This document shows, one piece after another, positions 50,408-60,058 of a DNA stretch of 64,000 nucleotides. The notes under the pieces are model-generated. The model had not been told where the DNA came from. It did no database searches and saw only the letters and a list, made by a program, of their open reading frames with translations. Origin of the DNA: a bacterium (GTDB taxonomy: Bacteria; Bdellovibrionota_C; UBA2361; CALJRW01); assembly GCA_031385045.1 (NCBI GenBank), contig JANNBC010000015.1, positions 1 to 64,000 of the forward strand, in the 5' to 3' direction. The first letter of the stretch is position 1. Each line of letters begins with the position of its first letter. A program made the translations under genes and the position numbers.

Positions 50408-51901
50408 TCAATAATCAAATTTCAAATGATTATTATTCGCTTGATAAACTCTGGTTAACTTCTCATTTTGAGTAGAGAAGTTTCTTTCATATTTATCAGT
50501 GAACACAATAGAAGTCTGTGGTACTTGTTGGTTGATTTCTAGGTATGGAGAAGGCCTAGTGATTGCCTGATTTAAGTCTTGAATAGCGTAAGTCTGATGG
50601 CCAACTAAACAGGCTAATAAGATCGACAGTGTTAGCAAACGAGAGAGCTTTTTGTGACGTCCAGAGTTAAGGTTTTTTAGGATGACAACTGTTAAATAAA
50701 AAATTGGTACTACGGAATAGTAACAAAAGGGATTAAACATTGGCTGGAAGTTAGAAATTATAATAGCAAAAACTAAAGGTATTACGGGCAGAGCTTCGAT
50801 CAATAAATTTGTTACCTGAGGTAATCGACTTCTTTTACGAAACATAAATACTAAGAGGGGTATTAGCGGAGTGAAGGTAAATACAATCCACTTACTTTTT
50901 TGAAGAATGAAATCAGCACTAAAAAGGTCATTGGGGCTAGCAATCCTAGCATCAGCACTAAACGTTGATAAAAATATGTGATTGGGCAAGATAATTGTAT
51001 AAAGAAAAAAGGATAAGCTTGTAATTGCTCCAAACACTATCCAGGCTAGCGAATTTCTCCTTATTTCCGGCACTTGTCGATAATTGCTAATAATTACTTT
51101 TAAACAAAAGCCAGCACTTACTAAAAACATTGTTTCTTTAAAGCAACAACTAATTGCAAGTAGCAAGATACTTAGACAATCTTTATTTTTATTTAGGGCA
51201 TAGTAAGCACCAAGGAGAAATGGCAAAGCATAAATCTCATCACGGACTTCCCAGAGCAAGCTGATCCGCACAGCTGGTAATAAAATAATTAACGTTAAGC
51301 CTAAATAACTAATTAACAGTGGATGTTTTTCTCTAATAATTAAATGAGCAAAAATTAGTGAGCTACTAACTGCTAAGACATGAAAAAGGACTAAAATTAC
51401 TTCAGGGGCATTCCAAATCTTATTGATTAATCCTGGCAGGTAGAGATAGGGTGAAAAGTGATGCGTTAAAAGATTTTGCCATCCGTAGTCGATTAGCGAA
51501 GTTTGAAGACCTAGTCCCTTACTAAAATTCAGTACAGCTTGAGAGAAAATTGCGAAATCAACCCCCTCCGCCCCCACTTTAATCCTAGCTAGTTGGATAA
51601 TCAAAATATAAAGGGGAAATAAAATCAGTAAAGCTCTAATTAATTTAAGGTTACTTTTAATTGAAAGATGCTGAGGCAAATCATATTTTGCTCCTAGGAA
51701 TAAGACGATGGCACTTAGGCATAGAATTGGAATAAATATTTGAAATTTGAAATCTAGGTAGTAAGCCAGAAGTAATAAACAGGGTAGGATCGTTTTAATT
51801 TTCACTTTATTTACAAGAATTAATCTTTGACACCAAGCGACACCAATGCTAGTGTGCATTTTACACACTATGAAAATAGAACATAAATATGAATTGTTCA
51901 A
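50408..51901 (-). CDS. DUF2079-like membrane protein (GT-C-like)
   Basis: DFAIFSQ, HHFSP, CFKE; many TM segments. Confidence 0.65.
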   Translation of the reverse strand: MNNSYLCSIFIVCKMHTSIGVAWCQRLILVNKVKIKTILPCLLLLAYYLDFKFQIFIPILCLSAIVLFLGAKYDLPQHLSIKSNLKLIRALLILFPLYILIIQLARIKVGAEGVDFAIFSQAVLNFSKGLGLQTSLIDYGWQNLLTHHFSPYLYLPGLINKIWNAPEVILVLFHVLAVSSSLIFAHLIIREKHPLLISYLGLTLIILLPAVRISLLWEVRDEIYALPFLLGAYYALNKNKDCLSILLLAISCCFKETMFLVSAGFCLKVIISNYRQVPEIRRNSLAWIVFGAITSLSFFLYTIILPNHIFLSTFSADARIASPNDLFSADFILQKSKWIVFTFTPLIPLLVFMFRKRSRLPQVTNLLIEALPVIPLVFAIIISNFQPMFNPFCYYSVVPIFYLTVVILKNLNSGRHKKLSRLLTLSILLACLVGHQTYAIQDLNQAITRPSPYLEINQQVPQTSIVFTDKYERNFSTQNEKLTRVYQANNNHLKFDY

Positions 51902-51989
51902 CTACTTATTATTGATCTTTTTGGTAGCGTATTAACTCTCAGTTAAATATGATCAGATACTGTGAATTTTCTAAGAGCACTTTGTTTGT

Positions 51990-52832
51990 TTGAAATTTAA
52001 GGAAGACCAATTGCCTGAATTATCAGAAAAGAAAACAAACAAATTACTAAAACTTATTGCCCGCCCCTTTGTCTCCTTTGCTCTCCGGCATGGGTTAAAG
52101 ATTCAAGTTTTATCTGAGACAATTAAAATTAGCTTCCTTAATGAAGCAATTAGAATTTTAGAAGACAAAGACGAAAATATTACGGTTGCCAAGCTGGCGG
52201 TGATGACAGGAATTCATCGTCGGGATATTAATCGTATCTATGTTGAAGATCGGCCTAAAACTATTTCGATAGATCTAATTAGCAAGGTAATTGGAGAATG
52301 GACCTTAAATAAAAAATATCAAACAAAATCTGGTAAATACAAAGATTTAAGCTTTGAAGGAAGAGAGAGCGAGTTCACGCAATTAGTTCAAAAGGTCAGT
52401 CGTGAATTAAAACCAGGGATGATCTTATTTGAACTAGAAAGATCGGGGAATGTAGAAAGAAAAGGGAAACTATTAAAGTTAGTTAATAAAGCTTTTGTGA
52501 ATAATAAAAATATTTCACAAAATTTTGAGATGCTTGCTGGTGACTTAGAAGATTTAATTTTATCTGTCGAGCAGAATAATCATGCGGAACAAGAGGATCT
52601 AAATCTTCATGCCAAAACTTTATTTGATAATATTCCAGAATCAGACCTGCCAAATCTTAAAAAGAAATTACTGCAACTAGGAAATAAATATCACACTGAA
52701 GTTCGTGAGTTATTAAGTAAACATGATCGTGATTTTAATCCAAAACACAAACCATCTGAACCTGCGGGACGCATTTCCTTCGGCACATTTAGTAATACCT
52801 TATATTTAGAAAATAAAAAAAATGAGAAATAA
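51990..52832 (+). CDS. DUF6502-like DNA-binding protein
   Basis: RPFVSFALRHG, KLAVMTGIHRRDI (HTH), VIGEW. Confidence 0.65.
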   Translation: MKFKEDQLPELSEKKTNKLLKLIARPFVSFALRHGLKIQVLSETIKISFLNEAIRILEDKDENITVAKLAVMTGIHRRDINRIYVEDRPKTISIDLISKVIGEWTLNKKYQTKSGKYKDLSFEGRESEFTQLVQKVSRELKPGMILFELERSGNVERKGKLLKLVNKAFVNNKNISQNFEMLAGDLEDLILSVEQNNHAEQEDLNLHAKTLFDNIPESDLPNLKKKLLQLGNKYHTEVRELLSKHDRDFNPKHKPSEPAGRISFGTFSNTLYLENKKNEK

Positions 52833-53577
52833 ACTTACTTTATTAATTCTTCTAACTATTACTGGAGGCTTATTGTCTTGCGCTGGAGGCGGAACATCCG
52901 GGACGGGATTAGCATCTGCTCGGATCCTTTCGGGCACCGTCACGCAGTCTGAGGGTGAGCCAGTAGAAAATGCTGTTGTCACAATTCAAGAAACTGGTGA
53001 ATCCGATTTAACTGATGCCAATGGTGAGTTTGAAATTGGAACTGAACTAGTTACAGATACTTATAATATCCAAATTGAGGGAAGCGACTTAGACACAATG
53101 GTGACTGTGGAGACAATCTCTGATGATACTCAAAACCTGCAAGTAGATATTAATTTAAACAATAGTGATATTAATACCTCTTCAACGCTAAGCACAATTG
53201 AAGTCTGGGCAAAGGTTGTTGGTTTTTGTGATCCGTTATTTGAAAACAATCCAAGAATTCGTCAGTCGGTTGCTGTTCCAGAAAACTCTATTTGCACACT
53301 GAAATTTTATGCCAGCAGTAACAATCAAAAATTAGAACGAGTTCCTGCCATTTTAGAGGTTAGTAGCTGTGATGGACTTAACTGGCAAGAGGTGGCAACT
53401 GGGACTACTGGCGTTGGGAATCGAGCAGGAGTTGGCCAAATACCTTTTGCCTTTATCGACGATGCTGATCATTGTTTGTATCGTCTACAAGCACCGGTGG
53501 ATGTTGCAAACGTAAGACCAGTAGTAGTTTATATTGATACGTTTACTTATCAGAATTATCTGTTGGCTTTGCGATAA
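52822..53577 (+). CDS. Lipoprotein with carboxypeptidase-regulatory-like beta-sandwich
   Basis: LLSC lipobox, GGGTSGTG, SGTV..GEPVENAVV..TDANGEF. Confidence 0.7.
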   Translation: MRNKLTLLILLTITGGLLSCAGGGTSGTGLASARILSGTVTQSEGEPVENAVVTIQETGESDLTDANGEFEIGTELVTDTYNIQIEGSDLDTMVTVETISDDTQNLQVDINLNNSDINTSSTLSTIEVWAKVVGFCDPLFENNPRIRQSVAVPENSICTLKFYASSNNQKLERVPAILEVSSCDGLNWQEVATGTTGVGNRAGVGQIPFAFIDDADHCLYRLQAPVDVANVRPVVVYIDTFTYQNYLLALR

Positions 53578-53591
53578 CAGCCTTCACTGAC

Positions 53592-53633
53592 TTGAGAGAG
53601 CTTAAGAAACCACGACTCCTAAGCTCTCATCAA
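53592..53633. terminator. Imperfect hairpin between convergent genes
   Basis: TTGAGAGAGCTTA...TAAGCTCTCATCAA. Confidence 0.5.
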
Positions 53634-53645
53634 TTAATTTCCAAT

Positions 53646-54758
53646 TTAGCGTTGAGTTAATCTTTGTAAAATTGCTAAATCTTTGCGCACATCCCTAGTT
53701 AAAACAAAGAGATTCTTTTGAATCGCTCCTAGCTCAGAGAACTTAGATGCTGAGTTAATCCCTGCTTGTAATTTATCGGCATCAAGTCCATCAGGGGTCT
53801 CGGTTGGACTAAGATTAATACTAATCGTGTTCTTAATTGGTAATGTTTTATAGATGCGATAAAGCGATTGTCGCTTAGTAAGCAATTGATTGTAACTTGC
53901 CAAATCACCATTAAGCTTATTTTTTAAATGATCAAAAGCAGAACTTCGTTTTTCTGTTGGCTCAGAGGCAAGACTGACCATTTGAGAACTTGGAGCACTA
54001 GCAACAAGTAATGTTTTCTCTACTGGCTTGGCACTTAGCGCAATTTGTAACCGCTGAACTTCTTGTTCCAGGCTAGAAATTTTATTTGTGGCCTCAGATA
54101 ATTGAGAATTGTTTTTACTCAAGTCAGCTCCACGATTCATTGCTAAGTTTTCGTACTCACGTAGCTCTTGATCCTTAGCCTCTAGTCTTGTTTGTAATCT
54201 AGCAACTTGTTGCCTAGCATCTTGCAGGGCTTGTTGATAATTATCACTAGAAGAATTTTCTGCTAATTCATAATTCTTAATTACCTTTTCTTTGTCAGAA
54301 AGATCTTCTTGCAGACTAATTAGACGTTTATCTGCCTGCTTAATTTGTAACTTGTAGGAATCTTCCACATCGCGACAAGAGCACTCCGGGGCTACAGGAC
54401 ACTCGCGTTCCTCAGGACATTTTAAACTAACAGTTTGTGGACAGGCCTCATGTTCCACTGCCGGGCAATCACAGCTTGGACAGGCAGCTTGATTTTTAGC
54501 CTTCATCTCAGCCATTAAGTTGGTCTCAGAGAACTCACTATCTATAGCTTTAAACTTTTGTTCATTATTAATGGCAATGATCTTATTTTGAAGCTCTTCC
54601 ACTTTTAGCTCCAATTCAGCAACATAATCGACTAGTTGGTACCCTTGGTCATCAACCCGATAAGCGCGTCCATCTGGCAGGCGTCCATTATCATCACTAT
54701 CTTCAGCGAAAAGCGGGCAAGCAAGGAGCAGGAGTAAGCAGAAAACTAATTTTTTCAT
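53646..54758 (-). CDS. Secreted coiled-coil protein with a Cys-Pro-rich segment
   Basis: Signal peptide; CPSCDCP...CP...CP...CP...CSC; heptad repeats. Confidence 0.6.
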   Translation of the reverse strand: MKKLVFCLLLLLACPLFAEDSDDNGRLPDGRAYRVDDQGYQLVDYVAELELKVEELQNKIIAINNEQKFKAIDSEFSETNLMAEMKAKNQAACPSCDCPAVEHEACPQTVSLKCPEERECPVAPECSCRDVEDSYKLQIKQADKRLISLQEDLSDKEKVIKNYELAENSSSDNYQQALQDARQQVARLQTRLEAKDQELREYENLAMNRGADLSKNNSQLSEATNKISSLEQEVQRLQIALSAKPVEKTLLVASAPSSQMVSLASEPTEKRSSAFDHLKNKLNGDLASYNQLLTKRQSLYRIYKTLPIKNTISINLSPTETPDGLDADKLQAGINSASKFSELGAIQKNLFVLTRDVRKDLAILQRLTQR

Positions 54759-54882
54759 TTTTATAGTTTAGTAAAAATTTAAGTTGAAATTCGTCTAATA
54801 CTGTAGTGTTGAGCTGATTCACATTGGAACAGGCTGGAAGCAACACTATACAATTTGTCCTGAATTTTATAGCATATTCTCA

Positions 54883-55716
54883 ATGAAATTGAAGATTAAG
54901 TTCTCGAAAAAAACCACTTTTATTTGCCTAGTTCTAATTATTGCCATGCTCCGAGCATCTTATTGGCAATGGGAAAGGCATTTAGCAAAAATAGAATACT
55001 TGCAGGTCTTAGCGGAACGCCTAGCAGCGACTCCAATTAATTTTAACGAGCTCGTTAAATCCAATCCGAACTGGGAAGATTATTCTAACCATCGGGTTTT
55101 GTTAGAAGGAAACTATGATTTTTCAAATGAAATTGTCATTGCCAATCGTCGCCTTGATGATACCCCCGGGAAACACGTTATCACTCCACTAAAATTAAAA
55201 GATCAGACTATCAGCGTTTTAGTAAATCGTGGATTTTTGCCACTTAGTGTTAGCCAGCTTAAGGACCGAGTTGCCTTTCAAAATCCTGCGGAACAAATGA
55301 TTATTGGAATTATTAAACCATCATTAAAGCGGACATTTTTCTTACAACCGGAAGATCCTGTAGTTAGCATTAACAAGAAAGATGATAATTGGCTAAGAGT
55401 TAATATTGAGGCAATCAGTAAACAAATCGAATATCCAATTTTACCAATTTATGTTGATAAACTTTCGGCCGAACATGAGATTGATATTGAAAAAGATTTA
55501 ATCAAAGCAGGCTCTGATAAAACAGACATGCTAGTAATGCCTAGTCAGAAAACCAAAGTTTCGACTGGTAGTTTAAAAGCTGATGTGTCCTACCCTATTC
55601 CCGATCCTGATAGAGTTATGTCAGCCGGCCGACATCTTGGGTACGTCTTTGAATGGGCTTTTATGGCGCTGTTAACTTTTTTAATTGGTTTAGTCATTCA
55701 ACTTAAAAGACATTAA
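54883..55716 (+). CDS. SURF1-family protein
   Basis: WQWER, HVITPL, LVNRGF, HLGYVFEW. Confidence 0.85.
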   Translation: MKLKIKFSKKTTFICLVLIIAMLRASYWQWERHLAKIEYLQVLAERLAATPINFNELVKSNPNWEDYSNHRVLLEGNYDFSNEIVIANRRLDDTPGKHVITPLKLKDQTISVLVNRGFLPLSVSQLKDRVAFQNPAEQMIIGIIKPSLKRTFFLQPEDPVVSINKKDDNWLRVNIEAISKQIEYPILPIYVDKLSAEHEIDIEKDLIKAGSDKTDMLVMPSQKTKVSTGSLKADVSYPIPDPDRVMSAGRHLGYVFEWAFMALLTFLIGLVIQLKRH

Positions 55717-55744
55717 GTGGTTTATGGCGCTTATTAGTTTCCGA

Positions 55745-55802
55745 CTATAATAGCATCTATCCCAGAATAGTCTTGACTATTCTGGGATAGATGCTATTAT
55801 AG
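55745..55802 (+). promoter_or_regulatory. Perfect 28-bp-arm palindrome containing a whole sigma70 promoter
   Basis: CTATAATAGCATCTATCCCAGAATAGTC-TT-GACTATTCTGGGATAGATGCTATTATAG; TTGACT-N16-TATTAT (with TGn extension)-N6-ATG. Confidence 0.85.
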
Positions 55803-55806
55803 CCAA

Positions 55807-56955
55807 ATGACTCAGGACTCAAAAAATAAGATCTTTAGGCGTAAAGTTCAGCCATTTATACTAAAAGACATAGATACCAAAATTGTCTTACTCAGTGGCC
55901 CAAGACAAGCTGGGAAAACAACCCTGACTAAATCCTTAACTAAAAATTACGAATATCTTAATTATGATGCGAGTAAAGACCGTCAAGTTATTAAGGAAGA
56001 ATCATGGTCTCGCGATAAAGAGTTAGTAATCTTTGATGAATTACATAAGATGAAAAACTGGAAACGTTGGATTAAAGGGATCTACGATACAGAAGGATTA
56101 AACCCAAAGATTATAGTCACAGGAAGTGCCCAGCTAGATATTACAAAAAAGATGGGAGATTCGTTAGCTGGTCGATACTTTTTATATCGACTACACCCTT
56201 TAACATTACGTGAGCTCAAGGGCACAGCAAATCTAGATGATATTTTCAAGCGTCTGCTTAATCAAGGAGGATTTCCTGAACCATATTTTTCCACTGAAAA
56301 ATATTTTTATGATCGCTGGAAAAAGACTCACTTGGATATTATCCTTAGACAGGATTTGCTTGATATTGAAAGTATTAAAAGGATTAAGGACATCGAAATA
56401 TTAATTGATTTACTGAGACAACGAGTCGGATCACTTATTTCCTATCAATCACTGGCAGAGGATCTACAAGTAGATCCAACGACTGTAAAACGTTGGTTAA
56501 TACTATTAGAGAACCTATTTGTGATCTTTAGAGTTTCTCCTTGGACTAAAAATATTGCTCGCTCGATTAGCAAGGCTGGAAAATATTATTTTTATGATAC
56601 AGGACAAGTTGTTGGAGAAGATTCCATTAAATTTGAAAATTTAGTTGCCAATGAACTATTAGCAGCAATTAGTATGGAACAAGATATTAAGGGTAGAAAT
56701 CTTAATTTACACTACCTGAGAAACAAAGATGGATATGAAATTGATTTTGCAATTATTGAAAATGGTAAATTAACCCAAGCAATTGAAGCTAAATGGGGCG
56801 AGGATCAGCCAAGTAAATCTTTCTTAAAACTGTGCTCTAAAAATGAAAAAATTAAAGCGATACAAGTTGTTGCTGATTTAAATCGTGAAAAAGATTTCCC
56901 ATTTGGAGTTCAAGTTGTCAAAGCAAGCAAATGGCTTAGTAATTTAGAACTATAG
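55807..56955 (+). CDS. AAA_14 ATPase with DUF4143 C-terminus
   Basis: SGPRQAGKTT, FDELH, TGSA, SLAGR, GGFPE, FYDTG, EIDF..IEAK. Confidence 0.9.
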   Translation: MTQDSKNKIFRRKVQPFILKDIDTKIVLLSGPRQAGKTTLTKSLTKNYEYLNYDASKDRQVIKEESWSRDKELVIFDELHKMKNWKRWIKGIYDTEGLNPKIIVTGSAQLDITKKMGDSLAGRYFLYRLHPLTLRELKGTANLDDIFKRLLNQGGFPEPYFSTEKYFYDRWKKTHLDIILRQDLLDIESIKRIKDIEILIDLLRQRVGSLISYQSLAEDLQVDPTTVKRWLILLENLFVIFRVSPWTKNIARSISKAGKYYFYDTGQVVGEDSIKFENLVANELLAAISMEQDIKGRNLNLHYLRNKDGYEIDFAIIENGKLTQAIEAKWGEDQPSKSFLKLCSKNEKIKAIQVVADLNREKDFPFGVQVVKASKWLSNLEL

Positions 56956-57813
56956 CCAATCTGTCCCTTTAAATTTAATTATATCTCCAAAAGTATCAAG
57001 CAATAATTGATTACTAACTTGTTGATTACCAAGAAGAGTATGCCAACCTCGAGTTTTTGCCTCTTCGTAAGAAATTGATTTAGGGTAAGTGAACTGATAT
57101 CTCTGCTGCAGGCTGGCAATTAAATCTTTAGTTTTTAGTGGAACTCCATCAGCGATATTAATAGCCTTAGGTAATTTTTGATTTAAATCTAGAGTACGTA
57201 AAACTACTTCCACTAAATCTTCAATGTGAATTCGATTCGAATATCTTTCTCCCTGATCAATTAATGGGTAAGTCCCTTGAAGTAAACTAACTTTAGGGTT
57301 ATGAAAACCTGATGTGATTCCAGCGATTCTTAAAGCACAGACATCAACCGCTAATTTTTGATAAAGCTCTTCTGATTTAAGTCTAGCCAGGCCTCTGACA
57401 CTAAGTGGATTTAGCGGAGAATCCTCGGTAACAAGCTCTCCTGCAGTGGAACCATAAACTCCCGTGGTACTTAAATAGATTAATCTTCTTAGGGGATAAT
57501 TCTTTAATACCGAGACTAGATTTGCGACTCCAGATAAAGATTCATCCAGACTAGATTTATTATCTGTAAATATTGGAGGAACAGAATCTACAATTACTTC
57601 TAAGCTGGGATAATGCTGGAAAAATAATTTTAAAGTATTAGCATCTAGAATATCTAACTTAAAAGCTTGATAACCAGCATCCTTAAAAATCTGTATTTGC
57701 TCTTCGCGACGAGATGTAATGATAAATTGATCTCGATACTCTGCAGTTGTATGAAGTTTTTTTGCAAGTAAGGATAGGACATTGCCACCTCCTAATAAAA
57801 GTATCTTTGCCAT
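56950..57813 (-). CDS. Atypical SDR / NAD-dependent epimerase (YeeZ-like)
   Basis: LLGGGNV, YLSTTGVYG, SNRIHIEDL. Confidence 0.8.
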   Translation of the reverse strand: MAKILLLGGGNVLSLLAKKLHTTAEYRDQFIITSRREEQIQIFKDAGYQAFKLDILDANTLKLFFQHYPSLEVIVDSVPPIFTDNKSSLDESLSGVANLVSVLKNYPLRRLIYLSTTGVYGSTAGELVTEDSPLNPLSVRGLARLKSEELYQKLAVDVCALRIAGITSGFHNPKVSLLQGTYPLIDQGERYSNRIHIEDLVEVVLRTLDLNQKLPKAINIADGVPLKTKDLIASLQQRYQFTYPKSISYEEAKTRGWHTLLGNQQVSNQLLLDTFGDIIKFKGTDWL

Positions 57814-57825
57814 AAAAATATCTTT

Positions 57826-58494
57826 TTAGGGACTAAGACGATAAGTTTCCCAATTCTTATCTTTTAATTCGAAAACTAAACGGTCATGTAATCGACTTCT
57901 ACGTCCCTGCCAGAATTCATAATAAAAAGGTGTGATTTGATAACCACCCCAATAGTCAGGGCGAGTTACTTTTTTAATTAATGATTTACGCTCTAGTTCT
58001 CGCATTTGATCTTCGATTATTTGTCGACTTTCAATCTTAGTACTTTGCTTAGAAGCTAATGCTCCAAGTCTAGAAACAAAAGGGCGTGACTCGAAGTAGG
58101 TCTCTGATATCTCGACAGGAGTCTTTTCAATTGTTGCTTGAATCCTAACTTGGCGTTCTAGTTGTGGCCAAAAAAACAAGAGCGAGACCTTATTGTTATT
58201 AGCTATCTCTTTGGCTTTCTGACTATCATAATTACTAAAGAAAATAAGTTTATCTTCTTGGATTGCTTTTAAAAGTACTGTGCGCAAATTTGGTTGATTA
58301 CCCTGATCAGAAGTTGCTAGACTAAAAGCATTTGGCTCTGGTAAGCCAGCATCATAGGCTTCTTCTAACCAGCTATAAAATTGCTCCATTGGATTTGCTA
58401 GAAGTTTATCTTCCGTAAGAGTATTAGCAGTGTAGTCCTTGCGAATAGATTCAAATAACTGATCAATAAAGATAATAGTTTTATTTTGGTCCAT
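57826..58494 (-). CDS. pdxH: Pyridoxine/pyridoxamine 5'-phosphate oxidase
   Basis: EPNAFSLAT, RTVLLK, RQVRI, YFESRP, EFWQGRRSRLHDR. Confidence 0.95.
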   Translation of the reverse strand: MDQNKTIIFIDQLFESIRKDYTANTLTEDKLLANPMEQFYSWLEEAYDAGLPEPNAFSLATSDQGNQPNLRTVLLKAIQEDKLIFFSNYDSQKAKEIANNNKVSLLFFWPQLERQVRIQATIEKTPVEISETYFESRPFVSRLGALASKQSTKIESRQIIEDQMRELERKSLIKKVTRPDYWGGYQITPFYYEFWQGRRSRLHDRLVFELKDKNWETYRLSP

Positions 58495-58506
58495 AAAGAA
58501 TTGAAA

Positions 58507-59679
58507 TTAGGCTAATTGCTTCGGGCTACTTTTAAAAACAAAGAGGAATGTTAATACGCTACTAAAGACAAGGATAAAACCCAAGATCAAAAATAATGCC
58601 CATTCTTTCCAAGACCAAAGATACAGTGGTTGTGGCAAGCTAATTAGCCAGATTTCAGTTTTATCCTTTGGTGAGCTAACGCTATTAGTCACAGCAATAG
58701 TTTCGGCATCGACTAAGGCGAGTCCTTCCGCACTTGGGTGTTTCCAACCTAATTTATTTAAGTCTACTAAAACAGTTTTTTCAAGGGGCTTAGGAATTAA
58801 TTGATTAGCACCAAAGATTTCCGTGTTGGCATATTCTAATTCTTGATCAGTAAATTTCAATTCACTAATATCAGTAGCCCCCGATATTTTTATTAGGATT
58901 ACGCGATTAATTATTTCACCTGATTTATTTTTCCCTTGCTCAATTGCTAATAGCCGCTTTTTATCAACCGCCTGCAAATCACTAATCTTGATATCACTAA
59001 CACTTACATATTCATTCCGATCGACAGGCAGGGCAAATGTTTTCGAGGTATTACTTAAAGGATCGAATTCAACTAAGCGAATAAACTTAGCGGTACTACT
59101 TGCTTCTCCCTCAAAGTCAAAAGGGCTTTCGCTTAATAGATAGACTTTACCATTTGGTGTAACAGCAACACTTTTTAAAATTCCATTTTTTGAAAGTGCT
59201 GGCAAGCCTTCTCCTGGCTTAATTACTTGTTGAATCTCTCCAGTTTCTAAATTAACCTTAATTAAGGCGTTTTGCTTGGAATCTACTAACCAAAGTAGAT
59301 CATTGGGCGCAGTAGAGATCCCTTGTAAATTAACATTCAAACTTCCGGCTTTTTCAAAGTATAATGGAAAACGATCCGTTACTTCAAAAGTTCCTTTTTT
59401 CTTCTTTAGTTTAGCGATCGCAATATGAGGGATAGTGGCATCAGTCCGCTGGTCTTTGCCATCAGTAATTTGAAACTCGCCATTGGGTGTTAAATAAAAC
59501 ATTAAAATTCCACCACCGTAGGGGCTAGATTTTTTAAAGGCGAGTCCCGAACCGTAAGTAAAATCAAAGTTTTTGGCAGGATTCAGTTCATACTTCTCTA
59601 CAAGGGTTTTAGTTTCTGCAAACACCATTGATGAGAAAATAATTAGAGGACAAATTATTAAGATCAAACGTTTAATCAT
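58507..59679 (-). CDS. Esterase-like-phytase-family beta-propeller protein with C-terminal TM anchor
   Basis: Signal peptide, GSGLA, IRLVEFD, AEGLAL, C-terminal TM. Confidence 0.55.
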   Translation of the reverse strand: MIKRLILIICPLIIFSSMVFAETKTLVEKYELNPAKNFDFTYGSGLAFKKSSPYGGGILMFYLTPNGEFQITDGKDQRTDATIPHIAIAKLKKKKGTFEVTDRFPLYFEKAGSLNVNLQGISTAPNDLLWLVDSKQNALIKVNLETGEIQQVIKPGEGLPALSKNGILKSVAVTPNGKVYLLSESPFDFEGEASSTAKFIRLVEFDPLSNTSKTFALPVDRNEYVSVSDIKISDLQAVDKKRLLAIEQGKNKSGEIINRVILIKISGATDISELKFTDQELEYANTEIFGANQLIPKPLEKTVLVDLNKLGWKHPSAEGLALVDAETIAVTNSVSSPKDKTEIWLISLPQPLYLWSWKEWALFLILGFILVFSSVLTFLFVFKSSPKQLA

Positions 59680-60058
59680 ATCGATGTTAAAATATATATA
59701 TCTCTAGTTCTATTTGAGATTTTTTGTGGGTGATTAAAAAATTTTATGATTTACAGGTAAGAGCTATCGATCGCTAACGCTTCAAACTTATCTGAGAAAG
59801 ATTTCTTTCAACGCTTTTTAAAACTTCCTGTGGATACACAATTATTGTTCGAATTTCGGCAAGTTCAATAACATTCAAACTTGTGAAGAAACTGAAACTA
59901 ATTGGTATAAACATTATAATATATTTTTTTGAATATTGAAATTCAAGACGTAAAATAGCTCTTTCTGCCGAACCAAATCGAAGAGTTATGTAAATTATCG
60001 CGCAAACAAATAAAAACCAATCAGTTTCTTGCCAGAAGAGTTTTTAACAAATATAGGA

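Noticed and set aside
50312..50410. Possible premature stop or TGA read-through in the DUF2079-like gene
   Set aside because: The frame stays open about 30 codons past the TGA, but without homolog alignment this cannot be told from chance; other genes use TGA as a normal stop.
59700..60058. Possible gene remnant in the intergenic gap
   Set aside because: Only short stop-interrupted frames with no family I can recognise.
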